From assembly GCA_008632985.1 (NCBI GenBank), contig QPGO01000115.1, positions 124,001 through 188,000 on the forward strand: a stretch of DNA of 64,000 nucleotides. The letters run 5' to 3'. The position numbers and the translations under genes were made by a program. This document shows, piece after piece, positions 22,507 through 34,305 of this stretch (its first letter is position 1; each line of letters opens with the position of its first letter). The stretch comes from Psammoneis japonica (lineage: Eukaryota). The notes under the pieces are model-generated. The model had not been told where the DNA came from and searched no databases. It was given only the letters and a program-made list of their open reading frames with translations.

Positions 22507-25500
22507 CTACCAAAAGCCCCGCTGACTCCGTTCAAGTTCCTTTGCCATTTTTGCAAAGTCCTCGCTCGCATCCTTTAAACGTGAGGTCTTCTCGCTTAGA
22601 GAATTAAGTCGATCGCCTCGCTCATTCAAAGCGTCTTTTGTCTGTCCCAACGACTCTGACAGGCTGCTTACCTGAGCCTCAGTGGTTTCTTCTTCCTCAC
22701 CCAACACCAATTTCGTCGCTTTCTCCATAATTCCACCAAAAAGGGATTCTCTGTCCTCTTCCGCCGCTAGTTTTGTCAGTTGGCTTCGTCGTTCTTGAAT
22801 AGCCTTCTCTGCACGCATCTTTCGGACTCGGTCTGCCTCTCTCTTATCCTTGAGCCGCCCAGCTCGCCGTTTCGCTTCGTCGACTCTCGCGACCAAAAAC
22901 TGCCCGTCAGATACCCGATGCTCCTGACCGTCTCGCACAATACGTTTGCTGGAGCAATCATCGCAAACATAACGATAGGAAACCCTGCAGGTGTGTTTGC
23001 GATTTAGAATTGCACCAAACGCTTTCCAGCAAATCGCACACGACTTCTCGTCTGAACCGCCGGGAGCGTTCGAATCGAGTCGTGACTTTGGTTTATCCAG
23101 AATCGTAACATCTTCAGTAACAGCCGCAGTCCTAACCTCTGACCACCTGCTCTTTGCGCGCTTGAGATCATCTTCTCCTCCAAACATGGCGATGAACACT
23201 TTTGTAGTCTCCATCTCAAACGCCGGTCTGTCAGTTGTATCAACGTCTGAAATATCATCTTTGGAGCTCTGTTTCTCCGACACCGATGACGCCGACCTAC
23301 TGGTTGATCGAGAAGAGGGCGGCCGGTCAAGGTCGAGGCGGGCCCCATTCTGTGCGAGAAACACCACTGCTTCCTTTACTAATCCAGATATTCGATTCAG
23401 TGCCGGAGAGTCGGGCTTCATGCCGGGTTTCGCTTCCTCAATCATATTGTGTATCTCGAGAGCAGTAACAGCGAGGATTTGGAGCGGTGCATACCCTGTG
23501 TAGGTTGACAACTCAACTGAGCCTTCAAAGTTGTTTGTGACAAATTGCAACCTCTCATTAGGTTCAAAGCCATGTTCCAACAACACCCTCAGAGTACTAA
23601 GCGCAGATTACAGAAGGAGCAAAAAGAAGGGTAAGTCTACGAAAAAAGCAGCAACGGCAGTCTCCAGAATAGAAATACTGCTTACCTGACAAGCCTACTT
23701 TCAGGCAACAGCGAATCATCAATGTCAATCTTAATGCCAGCTCCTTGCCGTATCCGGTCCAGTTCCTGGCGAAGTGAAGCTACTGCGGAATGGACTGGGT
23801 AGTGAAACGAAGCATCCAACGAAATGCCACTCATGCCTTTAAGAGGATACCGATATGGAACATGAGGCAATATCTCAGCCAACTCTTGCGATCGCCATTC
23901 AGATGCAGTCAAGCTTACGGGGTGGCGTAGCGGCTTGCTTCCAGATACATCTTCCAGTAGCATCTGTCCTCCCCAAGCCTCCAAGGCAGAAAGACAATGC
24001 CCGAGTGCCTCGGGGTCTCGGTCGCCACCTATGCGTCTTCCTTCCATAGTTGCGACATACATTGGAGTGCGCCCAAACTCGTCAAGCGCGTTGGGGTCCG
24101 GACGAGAAGGTAGAGACGCAGACAAAATCGTCGAGAGACTCTTCTCGTCCAAGTTTTCAGCGCTCAGATGAACTGGATACTTGACAGGTGTCTTTGTAGG
24201 GATCGAGACGTTCGCCCCTGCGCTAACTAGCAAGGCTACCACACCGTGAGACCGACGATTACATGCGTAGTGCAGCGCTGTTCGGCCACTCTCGTCAATG
24301 GCATCAATGACCCGCGGCGGAAGGAACTGTGGTGACACCGCGCCTCTTGAATCTCTACCGAGGCCACTGTCAGCTTTCTTTCCAGCGAGACCGGCTTTGA
24401 TGGCGTGCTCGAGCATCTTTTGGTTGCCCGAGATGACGTACGAGTGAAGCGTTCCTAGAATAATTTGGTGCTTCCACGCTGCATCCAGTGGAATTTCGTC
24501 GTCCTCCTCTTCGTCTACTGAGGCGTGGGCAGCACAAAGGGCATTCCCCACCGCAACTTCTAAAAGCGATGTTTCCAGGAAGGCCACACTGTCGGCAAAT
24601 GAGTCATCTTTCTTTGCATTCCTTGCATTCACTGCAGACAGGGCAATCGTTTCCGTCGGTGACACGAGCTCAAAACATGATCGTCTTCGTGCTGAGGGGT
24701 CTTCTGAAGTTTCACCAGACGCAGCCGAAGTGATCGTTGTGAGAGGAGACAGTCGAAGCTTGCATGTCTTGGGGTTGATGACACTTTCAGCCACAAGAAA
24801 AGATTCCATAGCGGTATTCTTGCCATCTGGGGCGATCTTTACGCCATCAGGAATGTCCAACAGGGCATGAAGTTCCTCTATATTCTTTGGGGCACGGAGC
24901 ACCAATATCAAATTAGGATAGTCAAACAAGGCTAGCTTCCGTGGCACAAACTGTTCTCCCGTCCAGAAGAACCCTTTGCGACCATTTACCAAGCGGTGAA
25001 CCGATCCAACATGACGGAGCTTTCGAGCGCCGGCCGTTGAGAGCCACCTCGTGTTAGTCCAACCAGACTCCTGTGAGACACTCTGTCCAAATATGATCTC
25101 TGCTCCTAGTGACGCAAATTCTTCATCAGCCCCCTCACTTGGAATCTCGTTCGGTTTAGGACTTTCAGCTTCGGCATCCTGCGCATCGGTAACGCTGGTT
25201 TCCGATTCGTTTCTCACGATTGCCTCCGCGGAAGTGGGTGGAGCTTCGGGCCTGGTATCCTCTGAAACACTCGGTGCCAATTCCGGAGGTTCGGAGCTTT
25301 CGGCGCCATTGGTGTTATCTTGGCTCTCGTCTACCGCGGCCTCCTCGGAGTCATTTACCAGAACCTGCGTTTCTACGGGAGAATCAGCCACAGTGAATTC
25401 AACAGTGTCATCATATAAAATTGTTTCTTCGCCCACTTCCTCATCACTCACTGTGTTTTGTCTGGATGCAGCTGCAGCTTTTTCATCTGCTGCTGCGATA

Positions 25501-27496
25501 GAATCGCGAACGCTTTCAGTTCCGCTAGCAGGCGAAGGGACCATGTAGGCAACGTCTCGGCGGCTAGATCGAATGGGCGGAGTACGCTGGACTGCCGAAG
25601 GAGCCACCTCCGCCACTTCCTGCTCCTCAATCCCCATTACGTTGGGGGGAGGAGAGCTGAGCTCTTCGGCTACAGTAAAGGTAATAGGCCGCGGTGCTAG
25701 CTTGATAAGAGCCACAGTGTCACCCCACATAATGTTTGTAATTGGACGACGAATGTCAACTCCTGCAGCCTCTCTCACGACATCACCAACATGAATTTCC
25801 CCTTTTCGGGCCACTGGCGATCCCGGGGTTTCGTGTGCAACTGCAATCACTCGGACAATACCGTCCGTGCCGCGATTGAGCTTGATGCCCAACGACTCGG
25901 AGAGAAATACAACATCACGTTCTGGGCCACACTGCAGGGCGGCAGCTGAACGCGGGGACTGCTGTGGCCACTTCTTGGGTGTAGGGGGCATATTTTGCGT
26001 CGACTTGATTGCCTACTCAGCGCAATACAAGAGTAATTAGTTGACACCCTTCAAATAGGAAAAACGTCGCCGGGTCTGTAAAAGCACTTACCTGTTCTCT
26101 GGGAACAAAACGGGGTGGGGGAAGCTTAGGGATCGGTGACTGCGTTGAGCGTGTTTCACTCTCATTTTCGTTCGTCTCTTGTGCTTCCAGAGCCGCCTCT
26201 GCTTTCTCCAGATAGAGTCTATCAAACATACTGAGCGACTCTCCGCTTGGCAAAACTTCCATACAATTATCGAACGCATCGATGGATCCTTGGTAATCTT
26301 TCAAATAGAAAAGACTCTTGGCAAGCGTCGAGTATGCTTCAGCCGTGGCATTCCACTTGAGAGCAAGCTGCGCATCGTTCCTTGCACTTTCATGACGACG
26401 AACTCCGTTGAGAGCATGAGCACGTCCCAAATGAAGCTCTGGAGACAAGAAGGGATCATCTGGAACCAAAAAGAGGGCAGCAGAGTATTCTTCAATGGCA
26501 CGCTTGTACTGCTTGTGGGCAAGCAAGTGATTAGCACGCTCTTGAATATGCAGAGCCTCATCAAAATCAGGATCCTGTCCATCATCGTCATCATCTTCTT
26601 CTTCCTCCTCGAGAAGCATTGGTGAGAGGGCCTCCTTGGTCAAATCATCAAAAGGGGAAGTACCCACCGCTTTCTGGATGGCAGCGCTTGATCCACGAAA
26701 GCCAGAAGTTACCACTGCAGCCCTCGCGTGGGGGTCCGTAGCAACGCTATTCACAATCGTGTCCGCTACAGTTGCTTCTTCCACGGTAACATCGTCTCCT
26801 CGAGCCGCTCGGGAAGCCTTTTCTTGTTGCTTGGCGAGTTTTGATTTTGCCTTTTCAAGGTACGTAATGGTAACGTGGTTTTCAGGCTCGTACCGGATCG
26901 CCTCTTCATAGGCCGAGACAGCGCCTTCATAGTCCTTGAGAAAATAAAGACTCTGACCAAGACGAGCATGTGCCTTGCCAAAGGTGGGGGCCAACGCCAC
27001 GGCGCGACGGGCATCCGTGGCGGCAGCCGCATACCGCTTGAGCGACAACAATGCCGCCGCACGGTTGGATAAAAAGACATGCGAGGAGGGTCCCACAGGA
27101 GATAGTTGTAGAGCTGCAGAATATGCATTGTACGCACGAGTGTATTCCTGTAAAAAGAAAAAGCAACAGCAATCAGTGTAAGTTTCAATATCAATTTTAC
27201 CACAGCTAAAGTTGCTATAAACTCACCTGCGCAGCCATATGCTTGTTACCAAGCGCCTTCATTCGTTCTGCCTCTTTATGAAGCTCCTCAAGCTGTTCAA
27301 TATCCAGCAGCGATTCCTCCTCCTCGGAATCTCGCGATTCTTTTTGTTCCATTCGCACATCGTGCTTCCGTGACGACTTGGACGACAGAGAAAGCTTTTG
27401 CATCCGTTCCACTTCTTCGTCAACGGTTGGAGAAGAACCGCGGTAGGTGGGACTGTTTTGTGCGTAATCTGACATTTTTGTGCGTTGACTTGACAT
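22507..27496 (-). CDS. Single 4-exon multidomain protein: TPR clusters, PDZ, ankyrin, degenerate FYVE, C-terminal R-SNARE-like coil
   Basis: GT-AG introns near 27148-27226, 26013-26091 and 23597-23685 each preserve frame; LSNRAAALL (TPR), SLGIKL (PDZ), GRTALHYAC (ANK), CAICWKAF..RKHTCR (FYVE), LNERGDRLNSLSEKTSRL (R-SNARE). Confidence 0.8.
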
Positions 27497-28042
27497 AGAT
27501 CTAACAACAAGAGAGGGTCTCGTTCGAAACAGTCTGTCGCAATAGGAGAATGTATTGTAGCAAAGGAGTTCTACGAAAAATGCCGTCGCTGTCTGTCGTC
27601 ATTGAACGTCCGCAGATTTTCCGTCGGCCGCAGTCCGCAGTCACGCCGGGATTCGATTATTGATTTCACCAGTGTTTTAAAGTTAATTATATATGAAATG
27701 ATTAGGTATTGTATATCCGTGATAAAAACCGTTAATTGCGCGTCGAACGTTCAACGGACCCTTGAACGGACGAATTTGCTTTTTCTAGCTCAGTTGGACT
27801 CAGAACCTTTCAGAAATATTTTTATTAGGATATGGATAATATGATATCGCGACGTGGTCCAGGTTGCAATCACGGCACAAAAGTCGTTTTGGCAGAACGG
27901 GAACACGAACGCAAACACAGTGCCGGTTTCATAATTGTTCCTTGTCATTGGAACCGCTTGTGTAATATCTTTTGTGTGAAAGAGCGTTCTTATTAAGTCA
28001 CTGTGAACTGCGTTTGAACGAAAAGGTGATTGAAATTTCATC

Positions 28043-30193
28043 ATGAAGGAAAAAGAACAATCCCGTGGTATGCCAGAAACAAGTAGTACGGATGCCGATG
28101 CCAGAGAGCCGTCCAATCAAGAAGGCTCAACGACATTTCCTGCTTCGCCCCAGTACTCTAAAAAATCAACAGATTATGGACTCGACGATGAGGATGACTG
28201 GTTTGGATGGGAGGAGGAAGACCCACTGCAGTGCGACTATGAAGAAAATGGTGTTGATATTCTGCAAAACCTTCCTCCGCAACTGCATCCCGCTGTTTCG
28301 TTGGGTATGCGTAGGGTGTCTTCCTGCTACTTTTCCATCAATTCAACTCCTTCCAGCAGTGTCAATGACTTGCTTTCCTTACTGGATGAGACAGAATCAT
28401 TAGCTGAGAATGGAGACGCAAGCAAAACTGACAAGAACATGCCTTCAAAAGAGTGGGATGCGTGTGATATTCTCTACCATGATATCATGATGCGTGTCTT
28501 TACTTTTCTGGATGCAAATGCGTTGGCTGCCTTTTCCGAAACGGCCCATCGACCGAATTTTGAATGCTTTTACTTTCTACAGCTCCAGTTACAGCGGGCC
28601 TTACTCATCATCAAGTCGGATGATGATGATGATGAACAATCGAAACAGCAAAACGACGATGTCTTGTCCGCAATTGGTGGATCGGGATGTATCTCACGAT
28701 TGGCGCTCGAGGATGGTGCTGCAGCTCAAGAAATTGTCCAGTCCTACACGAGTTCGAACGCTACACTTCGGACCATGCCTCTGTCTCATAGTCTTGCGTA
28801 TGTAAGGCATGTGTTGAGGTCTCATGGATTTCAATCTCACGCTCCGAATGCATCACAGTCTGTGGCGGGAGCCGCCTTTTTCATTACACTCGTCGGGTTC
28901 TCGGCATCCATTGCACAACATGTGGATTATAGCACTGTGCATTTGCCTCAGGCCTTGCTTAAAATGGGTCTGGCTGGATCAGTTCTGAAAGCAGGTGTAA
29001 GTGCAGGGAACGCAGCACGAAAGAAGGCGTCGGAGCAAGATATGAGGGAAACAGCGGAACAAATGGCTAGAATGATGCAGGAGCTGCCTTCACAACTCTT
29101 GCAGCAGCTCCAGCATGGAGTTCATTGGCATAATCACGGTAACGAGGAGGACGACCCGGAGGAGGACGCGTCTGGTCGGAACTTTCCTTCGGCGATTGCG
29201 GCTCGAATGTATGCGGCCTTTTCGACAGCGTACGGTCCGCATTCTTCAAACACTACCGCTACCACTACCTCTCCAACACGGCGGCCTCGTCGTGATCAGC
29301 GTGGTAGACCCATCCGGAGACTTCGTTCCCAAGAATCATCCCTTGGTAATATTCAAGAAGTTGCCAACGTGGACGAGGATGATTCCACGGAGAATGACGC
29401 TCAGGCTGACGAGGCGTTACAAGCTGTCGCTATGAAACATCCATTCACACCCAACCCATATGATCACATACCAAAGGACGTTGCAGAGGCTGCAACAGCG
29501 ATTTCAGAACAACAAGACGAAGCCGACGTTTTGAAAGAGAAACTGACCAAGTGTGCCCTGCAAAAAATGCCAAGTGGGTGTGTTGGAGCGTATTCTCGGG
29601 CGGTTCATACTGCGTCAGAGCTGCTGACCAAGACAATTAAAGAACGAAGAAAAGCTGCTTTCGATGCTCTTCCAGAGGTGGAACGAATGCAAATCTCGAC
29701 AAGATTTATCGATGCTTGTACTTCGGATGACACGTTGCCGATTGTCAAGGAGATGATGCAATCACCCAATGGAATCGACGTGGACGGATTCTACGTTGGG
29801 AGCGATGGCGCTGAAACATGTGCCTTGCACACGGCTGCATTTCACGGGGCGAGTAAAATTGTAGAGTTCCTTGTCAAGGGCCTCGATGAAAACTGCCCGG
29901 AAAAGGATGGAGGTCTATGTCAGATTGATTTGACGGATTTGAACGGTTGGTCGGCGATGCATTTTGCCGCGGGTGCCAACTGTGTGGAGGTGGTCCGAGT
30001 CTTGGCAAATCATGGAGCTAATCTTACGGTGGAAGCGCTAAATGGGTACACGCCGTACCATTGGGCTCAAAGACTGGCCAACACGGATGTAGCTGACGAA
30101 TTGCAGCGATTGGGTGCCGACAAGAGATTTCTTGATGCCAACCCGCTTTCAATCATTGCCAACAGATTCTTTTCAATGATCCCAACACACTAA
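28043..30193 (+). CDS. Ankyrin-repeat protein with F-box-like motif
   Basis: ILYHDIMMRVFTFLDANAL (F-box-like); TCALHTAA, GWSAMHFAA and GYTPYHWA ankyrin repeats. Confidence 0.8.
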   Translation: MKEKEQSRGMPETSSTDADAREPSNQEGSTTFPASPQYSKKSTDYGLDDEDDWFGWEEEDPLQCDYEENGVDILQNLPPQLHPAVSLGMRRVSSCYFSINSTPSSSVNDLLSLLDETESLAENGDASKTDKNMPSKEWDACDILYHDIMMRVFTFLDANALAAFSETAHRPNFECFYFLQLQLQRALLIIKSDDDDDEQSKQQNDDVLSAIGGSGCISRLALEDGAAAQEIVQSYTSSNATLRTMPLSHSLAYVRHVLRSHGFQSHAPNASQSVAGAAFFITLVGFSASIAQHVDYSTVHLPQALLKMGLAGSVLKAGVSAGNAARKKASEQDMRETAEQMARMMQELPSQLLQQLQHGVHWHNHGNEEDDPEEDASGRNFPSAIAARMYAAFSTAYGPHSSNTTATTTSPTRRPRRDQRGRPIRRLRSQESSLGNIQEVANVDEDDSTENDAQADEALQAVAMKHPFTPNPYDHIPKDVAEAATAISEQQDEADVLKEKLTKCALQKMPSGCVGAYSRAVHTASELLTKTIKERRKAAFDALPEVERMQISTRFIDACTSDDTLPIVKEMMQSPNGIDVDGFYVGSDGAETCALHTAAFHGASKIVEFLVKGLDENCPEKDGGLCQIDLTDLNGWSAMHFAAGANCVEVVRVLANHGANLTVEALNGYTPYHWAQRLANTDVADELQRLGADKRFLDANPLSIIANRFFSMIPTH

Positions 30194-30472
30194 TTGCTTA
30201 AACACTACACTAGAATGCTACTTCATAACTTGTATTGTTATTGAAAGATCTGATGTTACAATTTACAATCTTGTTGTAAGAAAAATTCTGTATTTGGAAA
30301 GTTCCCACAGCCAAACTAGGCTCTGCCATAAACATCCCATCACACTAATTGCTTAAATCCTACCTAGAACGCTACTTCATAATATGTATTGGTATTGAAA
30401 CATCTGATGTTCCGTTTTTGTATCGAACAATTCTTTAAAGTTCCCACAGCAGCCAGCCAGACTTGGCATGAA
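30179..30472 (+). repeat. Tandem duplication (~155 bp period) of the ankyrin gene stop and 3' UTR
   Basis: CACACTAATTGCTTAAA...AAAGTTCCCACAGC in units starting 30179 and 30334. Confidence 0.9.
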
Positions 30473-30898
30473 ATATGGACCTTTTCTCACCGAACTTAGA
30501 GTGCCGTTCCTTCGTCGATCCAAACAAATCCGATTGAATCCAAGGCTTGCTTGCGAAGTGGTCGTGGCTCCCCCTTCTGAAAGATTTGCATCTTCATCGG
30601 AGGTCCGTCGATTCTTCTGTGCGACAGATAGGTTCACCCTGAGCGTTCTCTGAGAGATTCTCGCCCTCGGGTTGCCGCGTAAAGGTCTTGCCCAAATCCT
30701 TGCTTAGACAAAGTGGGCTCTTCCGTCATTGCGGAGCGATGAGCGTGAACGCGTCGCGATCTTTTGCATATCGTATAAACTGGTATGTTTTCTACTTCAA
30801 CGCGCCGGCCCCATTCGAATTTTCAAAAAATGAAACCGTTGCCGTCTGCGTGCCGACAGATTTTCTCCACGCTTTGAGCTTCGTTTTTCAGTTGTGCG

Positions 30899-31687
30899 TT
30901 GTGCACTGTCGACTGTCGAGGCCAAATTGCGACGGCCATTTATTGTACAGTAACACAACGGGGCTTTGTTGGAAAGCCTCTTGTCAAAACGGCGAGCCCA
31001 ACGGAGACAAGCGAGGCTGTGGAGGAGGAGGAAAACGTCGTTGATTTGTCGTCAGAACTGATTCTGGAGGAGGACCCAGACTCTGAAACAAACTCAGAAG
31101 AAGATTTCGGCGAGCTTGTTGACAGGAATATCTTTGAACCATCACAAGAGCCACTGCCTCCATTGAACCCCGTAGACGATCAAGACTTGCTAGCAGCATT
31201 AAGCTTTCTAAGAGAGGCAGAAGACCAAGGGAGTAGTAGTGCTTCCGGAGACGATATCGATTGGCAGTTGCGAGACCAGCTAGATAGCGATACGCTGAGT
31301 GACATTGACGTGGAGGAACGGGACTTTTTGGACAATCACGACTATACGACCATCTTTGACGAGCCTGACACGTCCCTTACAGAAGAAGAAACAGCGCCCC
31401 CCGACGATAGTTTGGTTTCCCTGGAAGACGAATTATCCAATCTCAATTTGAGGGCAGGAACAGATACAGCGAGTGAGAACGAAGACGAAGAAAAAGAAGA
31501 AGACAACTCCCCCCTCTCTATTGTCTGCCTTGTACACCTGCGTCTGCGTTTGAGAATCCATCATTATTTCAATTGGAAGATCAACCCTTTGCTCTTCCAT
31601 CCATTGACGAGCACGAGCCCATCCCCGATCGACATTTCGGACCCCATTCAAGACCACCCATCGACGACTTTGAGGAGGAAATACTAA
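30899..31687 (+). CDS. Highly acidic ORF, possibly the N-terminal part of the WD40 gene
   Basis: Long D/E-rich open frame without ATG start; overlaps the next ORF in another frame. Confidence 0.35.
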   Translation: MCTVDCRGQIATAIYCTVTQRGFVGKPLVKTASPTETSEAVEEEENVVDLSSELILEEDPDSETNSEEDFGELVDRNIFEPSQEPLPPLNPVDDQDLLAALSFLREAEDQGSSSASGDDIDWQLRDQLDSDTLSDIDVEERDFLDNHDYTTIFDEPDTSLTEEETAPPDDSLVSLEDELSNLNLRAGTDTASENEDEEKEEDNSPLSIVCLVHLRLRLRIHHYFNWKINPLLFHPLTSTSPSPIDISDPIQDHPSTTLRRKY

Positions 31688-31705
31688 ACCTTCAATATCT
31701 CAGCA

Positions 31706-33308
31706 TGTCTGACGACGGACCAAAAGTAATGGAGAGGCCGCAAGACCCCCCGCCGCGAAATGATCAAGGGGAAGAAGCTCCTCCTCCTCCTCAAGAAGAA
31801 GAACAGGCGGCTGTGAAGCATCGACCCGAATCAGAACAGGCCGCCCGACCCTTTCTTCAGGCGTTTACGCACAAGAATGAGCGCTCGTGCTTTGGTCACA
31901 AGGAAACTATTTTTGGATTGGGTCTATCTGACTGCGCTTCCTTCTTGGCCACTGCATCCCAAGATTCTACAATTTGCGTTTGGAATACCGAAAAGAATTC
32001 ACTACTCTCCAAGCTGACGGGACACTCCAAGGACTTTGAATGTTTGAGAACCACGTGGGCATCATCTCAGTGGGCTCAACATGAACTCAACCGTAAAGAT
32101 GGACCTTACAAAATGATGTTGGCGTCATCGGGAGCCGATGGGATTGTTAAGATCTGGGCGAGTCGGGATGCTTCTCAAGCTGATTCATGGTCCAACATCT
32201 GCACCATTGACCATGCATCCTTTGAAAGCCGGAAAAAGCCAGCAGAGGCATTGAATGTAAATGACGACGATGACGATAATAAAAAGGAAGACGATGTTCC
32301 TCAAATCTATGCACTTCAGTTCATTGACAATTGGAGAGCATTTGGTAGCGAGAAGGAAAACAGCTTTCTCCTGACCTCATCCGATGACTATGTGCATTTA
32401 TGGGAAATTGACAGCTCAAAGGATGATACCAAAGATGACGACGAAGCAAAGATTCGTCTCAGGGAAGTCATGAGCATACGGTTTCACCAGCTCGATCATT
32501 TCGGAGGCGGTTGCAATGTCGGGCGAGTGACTACGGCCGGATTGGCATTGAGCGGAACATCCTTACCAAACAAGACTCCATCTGGACGCGGAGGCTTTGG
32601 CGGAGATCGAAATCCCGATGAGTTGGTCTATGTCTTTGATGCCTCGTACTGCTCTGCCAATGGCTTGTTGGGAGTCGCCCTATCGGATGGTACCTTGCGC
32701 CTTTTGAATGGCCGTGGCATTTGCGTGTCCGTGTTGCAATTACCCGGATGTCAATCTCATTTGACGTCATTTGCGTGGGATTCATCGGGATTGCGGCTGT
32801 CAACCTGTGTAGCCACTGGACATTTGATTCTATGGGATGTAGATGTGGGTGACGGCAGGGGTGACCATGTGGTTGCTTCTTGTGCTGCTGTTTTGGAGGG
32901 AGGACACGAACTTGGGCGGCCATTGTTTGGTGCGCGATACTGTGGCGGTGCACAAGAGGTGAGAAAGATATCTTATTTGTAGTGTCAATGAAAATATCTA
33001 CTCTCAAGAATGCTCATCGTGTTGTTGCTGCTTTGATATAGGAACTCATTGTGTCCTGGGGAGTGGATGGTCTGCTGTGCCTATGGGACTCTCGTTCTCG
33101 CGGCCAAGTGCACGCGCCTCTATCAGCCCTAGTTCGAAAGCCTCAATATCCAATTTATGCGGTCGATATCGCAACAACCAAGGTTACAGAAGATGATAGT
33201 AAAAGGGATACAGAAATAACACGTATTGCCTTGGGCGGCGGACGTGAGTCGGGGTTTCTTGGAGTGCCAGTCTATCTCTACAACATCGATACCGGAGTTG
33301 AAACCTAA
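31706..33308 (+). CDS. WD40-repeat protein; intron 32959-33041 (start uncertain)
   Basis: GHKETIF...LATASQDSTICVWN, LASSGADGIVKIW, GHLILWD, SWGVDGLLCLWD. Confidence 0.85.
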
Positions 33309-33532
33309 CAATAGATTTGCTTTAGATACCACACCTTCTCGAGAAACGCATGGATATGCCAAGATGCAAGTCGTTAGAGTCTACGTAGTTTTTGGGTTTC
33401 CATTCTTAGTTGCTATGATCTATTATGGATTCTTGAAGAATGAGAGATCGTTGTTTTGTGTTTCATGAGTTCCCCTGTCAAAAAAGCGTTTACAGTGAAA
33501 TCCTGTGCTCTATTGTACCAAATGCGTGCAGT

Positions 33533-34141
33533 TTATACATAGAAAGAATCGTCTGTATAAATTTGCTGCTGGCCAGATGCAGAAATGATGCTCGTTCCAA
33601 TGCTAATGATGGCAAGAATGCCAATCCAGAACTGCGCGAGATTTTACACGGTAGGACAGAGAGCGGATGACTGGTGAGTTGAGCGATCTAAGAGGATCAA
33701 TCTCTGGGCATAACACAAGCTAACTGATGAGCACGATGGCCGTAAATTTACCTTCCAGTCTCCCTGAAGAGAGCTCCAATTCATGGACACATTCGGTTTC
33801 GGCACCTTGGAAGAAATCTGCTTCTGCGCCTTGTTTGCAGCCTTGATGGCGGCGATCTCCATGTCACTCTTGTAAAAGTCGGAGCCGGGTCGCTTCTTGG
33901 GCTGATCCTGATTGTTTACAACCTTTTTCCATTCGGCATCCCAGTCAACCTCACTTTCTATGCCTTCTTCTTCACCCGAGGGAGGAAGATCATCAAAATC
34001 GCCCTTTGCGCAAATTCTTGTTGCTGCCGATTTCCCAACTGCATTCCGCGTAAACGAGGGACACACTGAAGTAAAGGCCGACGATGTAGAAAAGGCCAGC
34101 AGTGCCAGGGTTAGCAGGAGCATTGCGGTCGTCGACGCCAT
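33533..34141 (-). CDS. Plastid-targeted small membrane protein of unknown function, 2 exons
   Basis: Signal peptide plus SSAF motif; DWDAEWKK; intron after GDWK leads to TM exon FWIGILAIISIG...FYV*. Confidence 0.75.
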
Positions 34142-34305
34142 GTTGGTTTCGGTCGTACAGAATGAGAAAGAATCATCAGCTTGCACGTGTGATGACGGCA
34201 TGGATTTTTTGTTCTGCCGAAAAATGAGGAATCCGGAATTTCAGTTTCTTCTCATCGTGCAAGCATCTCACACAAAAAATTCGCACGTGTTGTCACTCCT
34301 TGACA

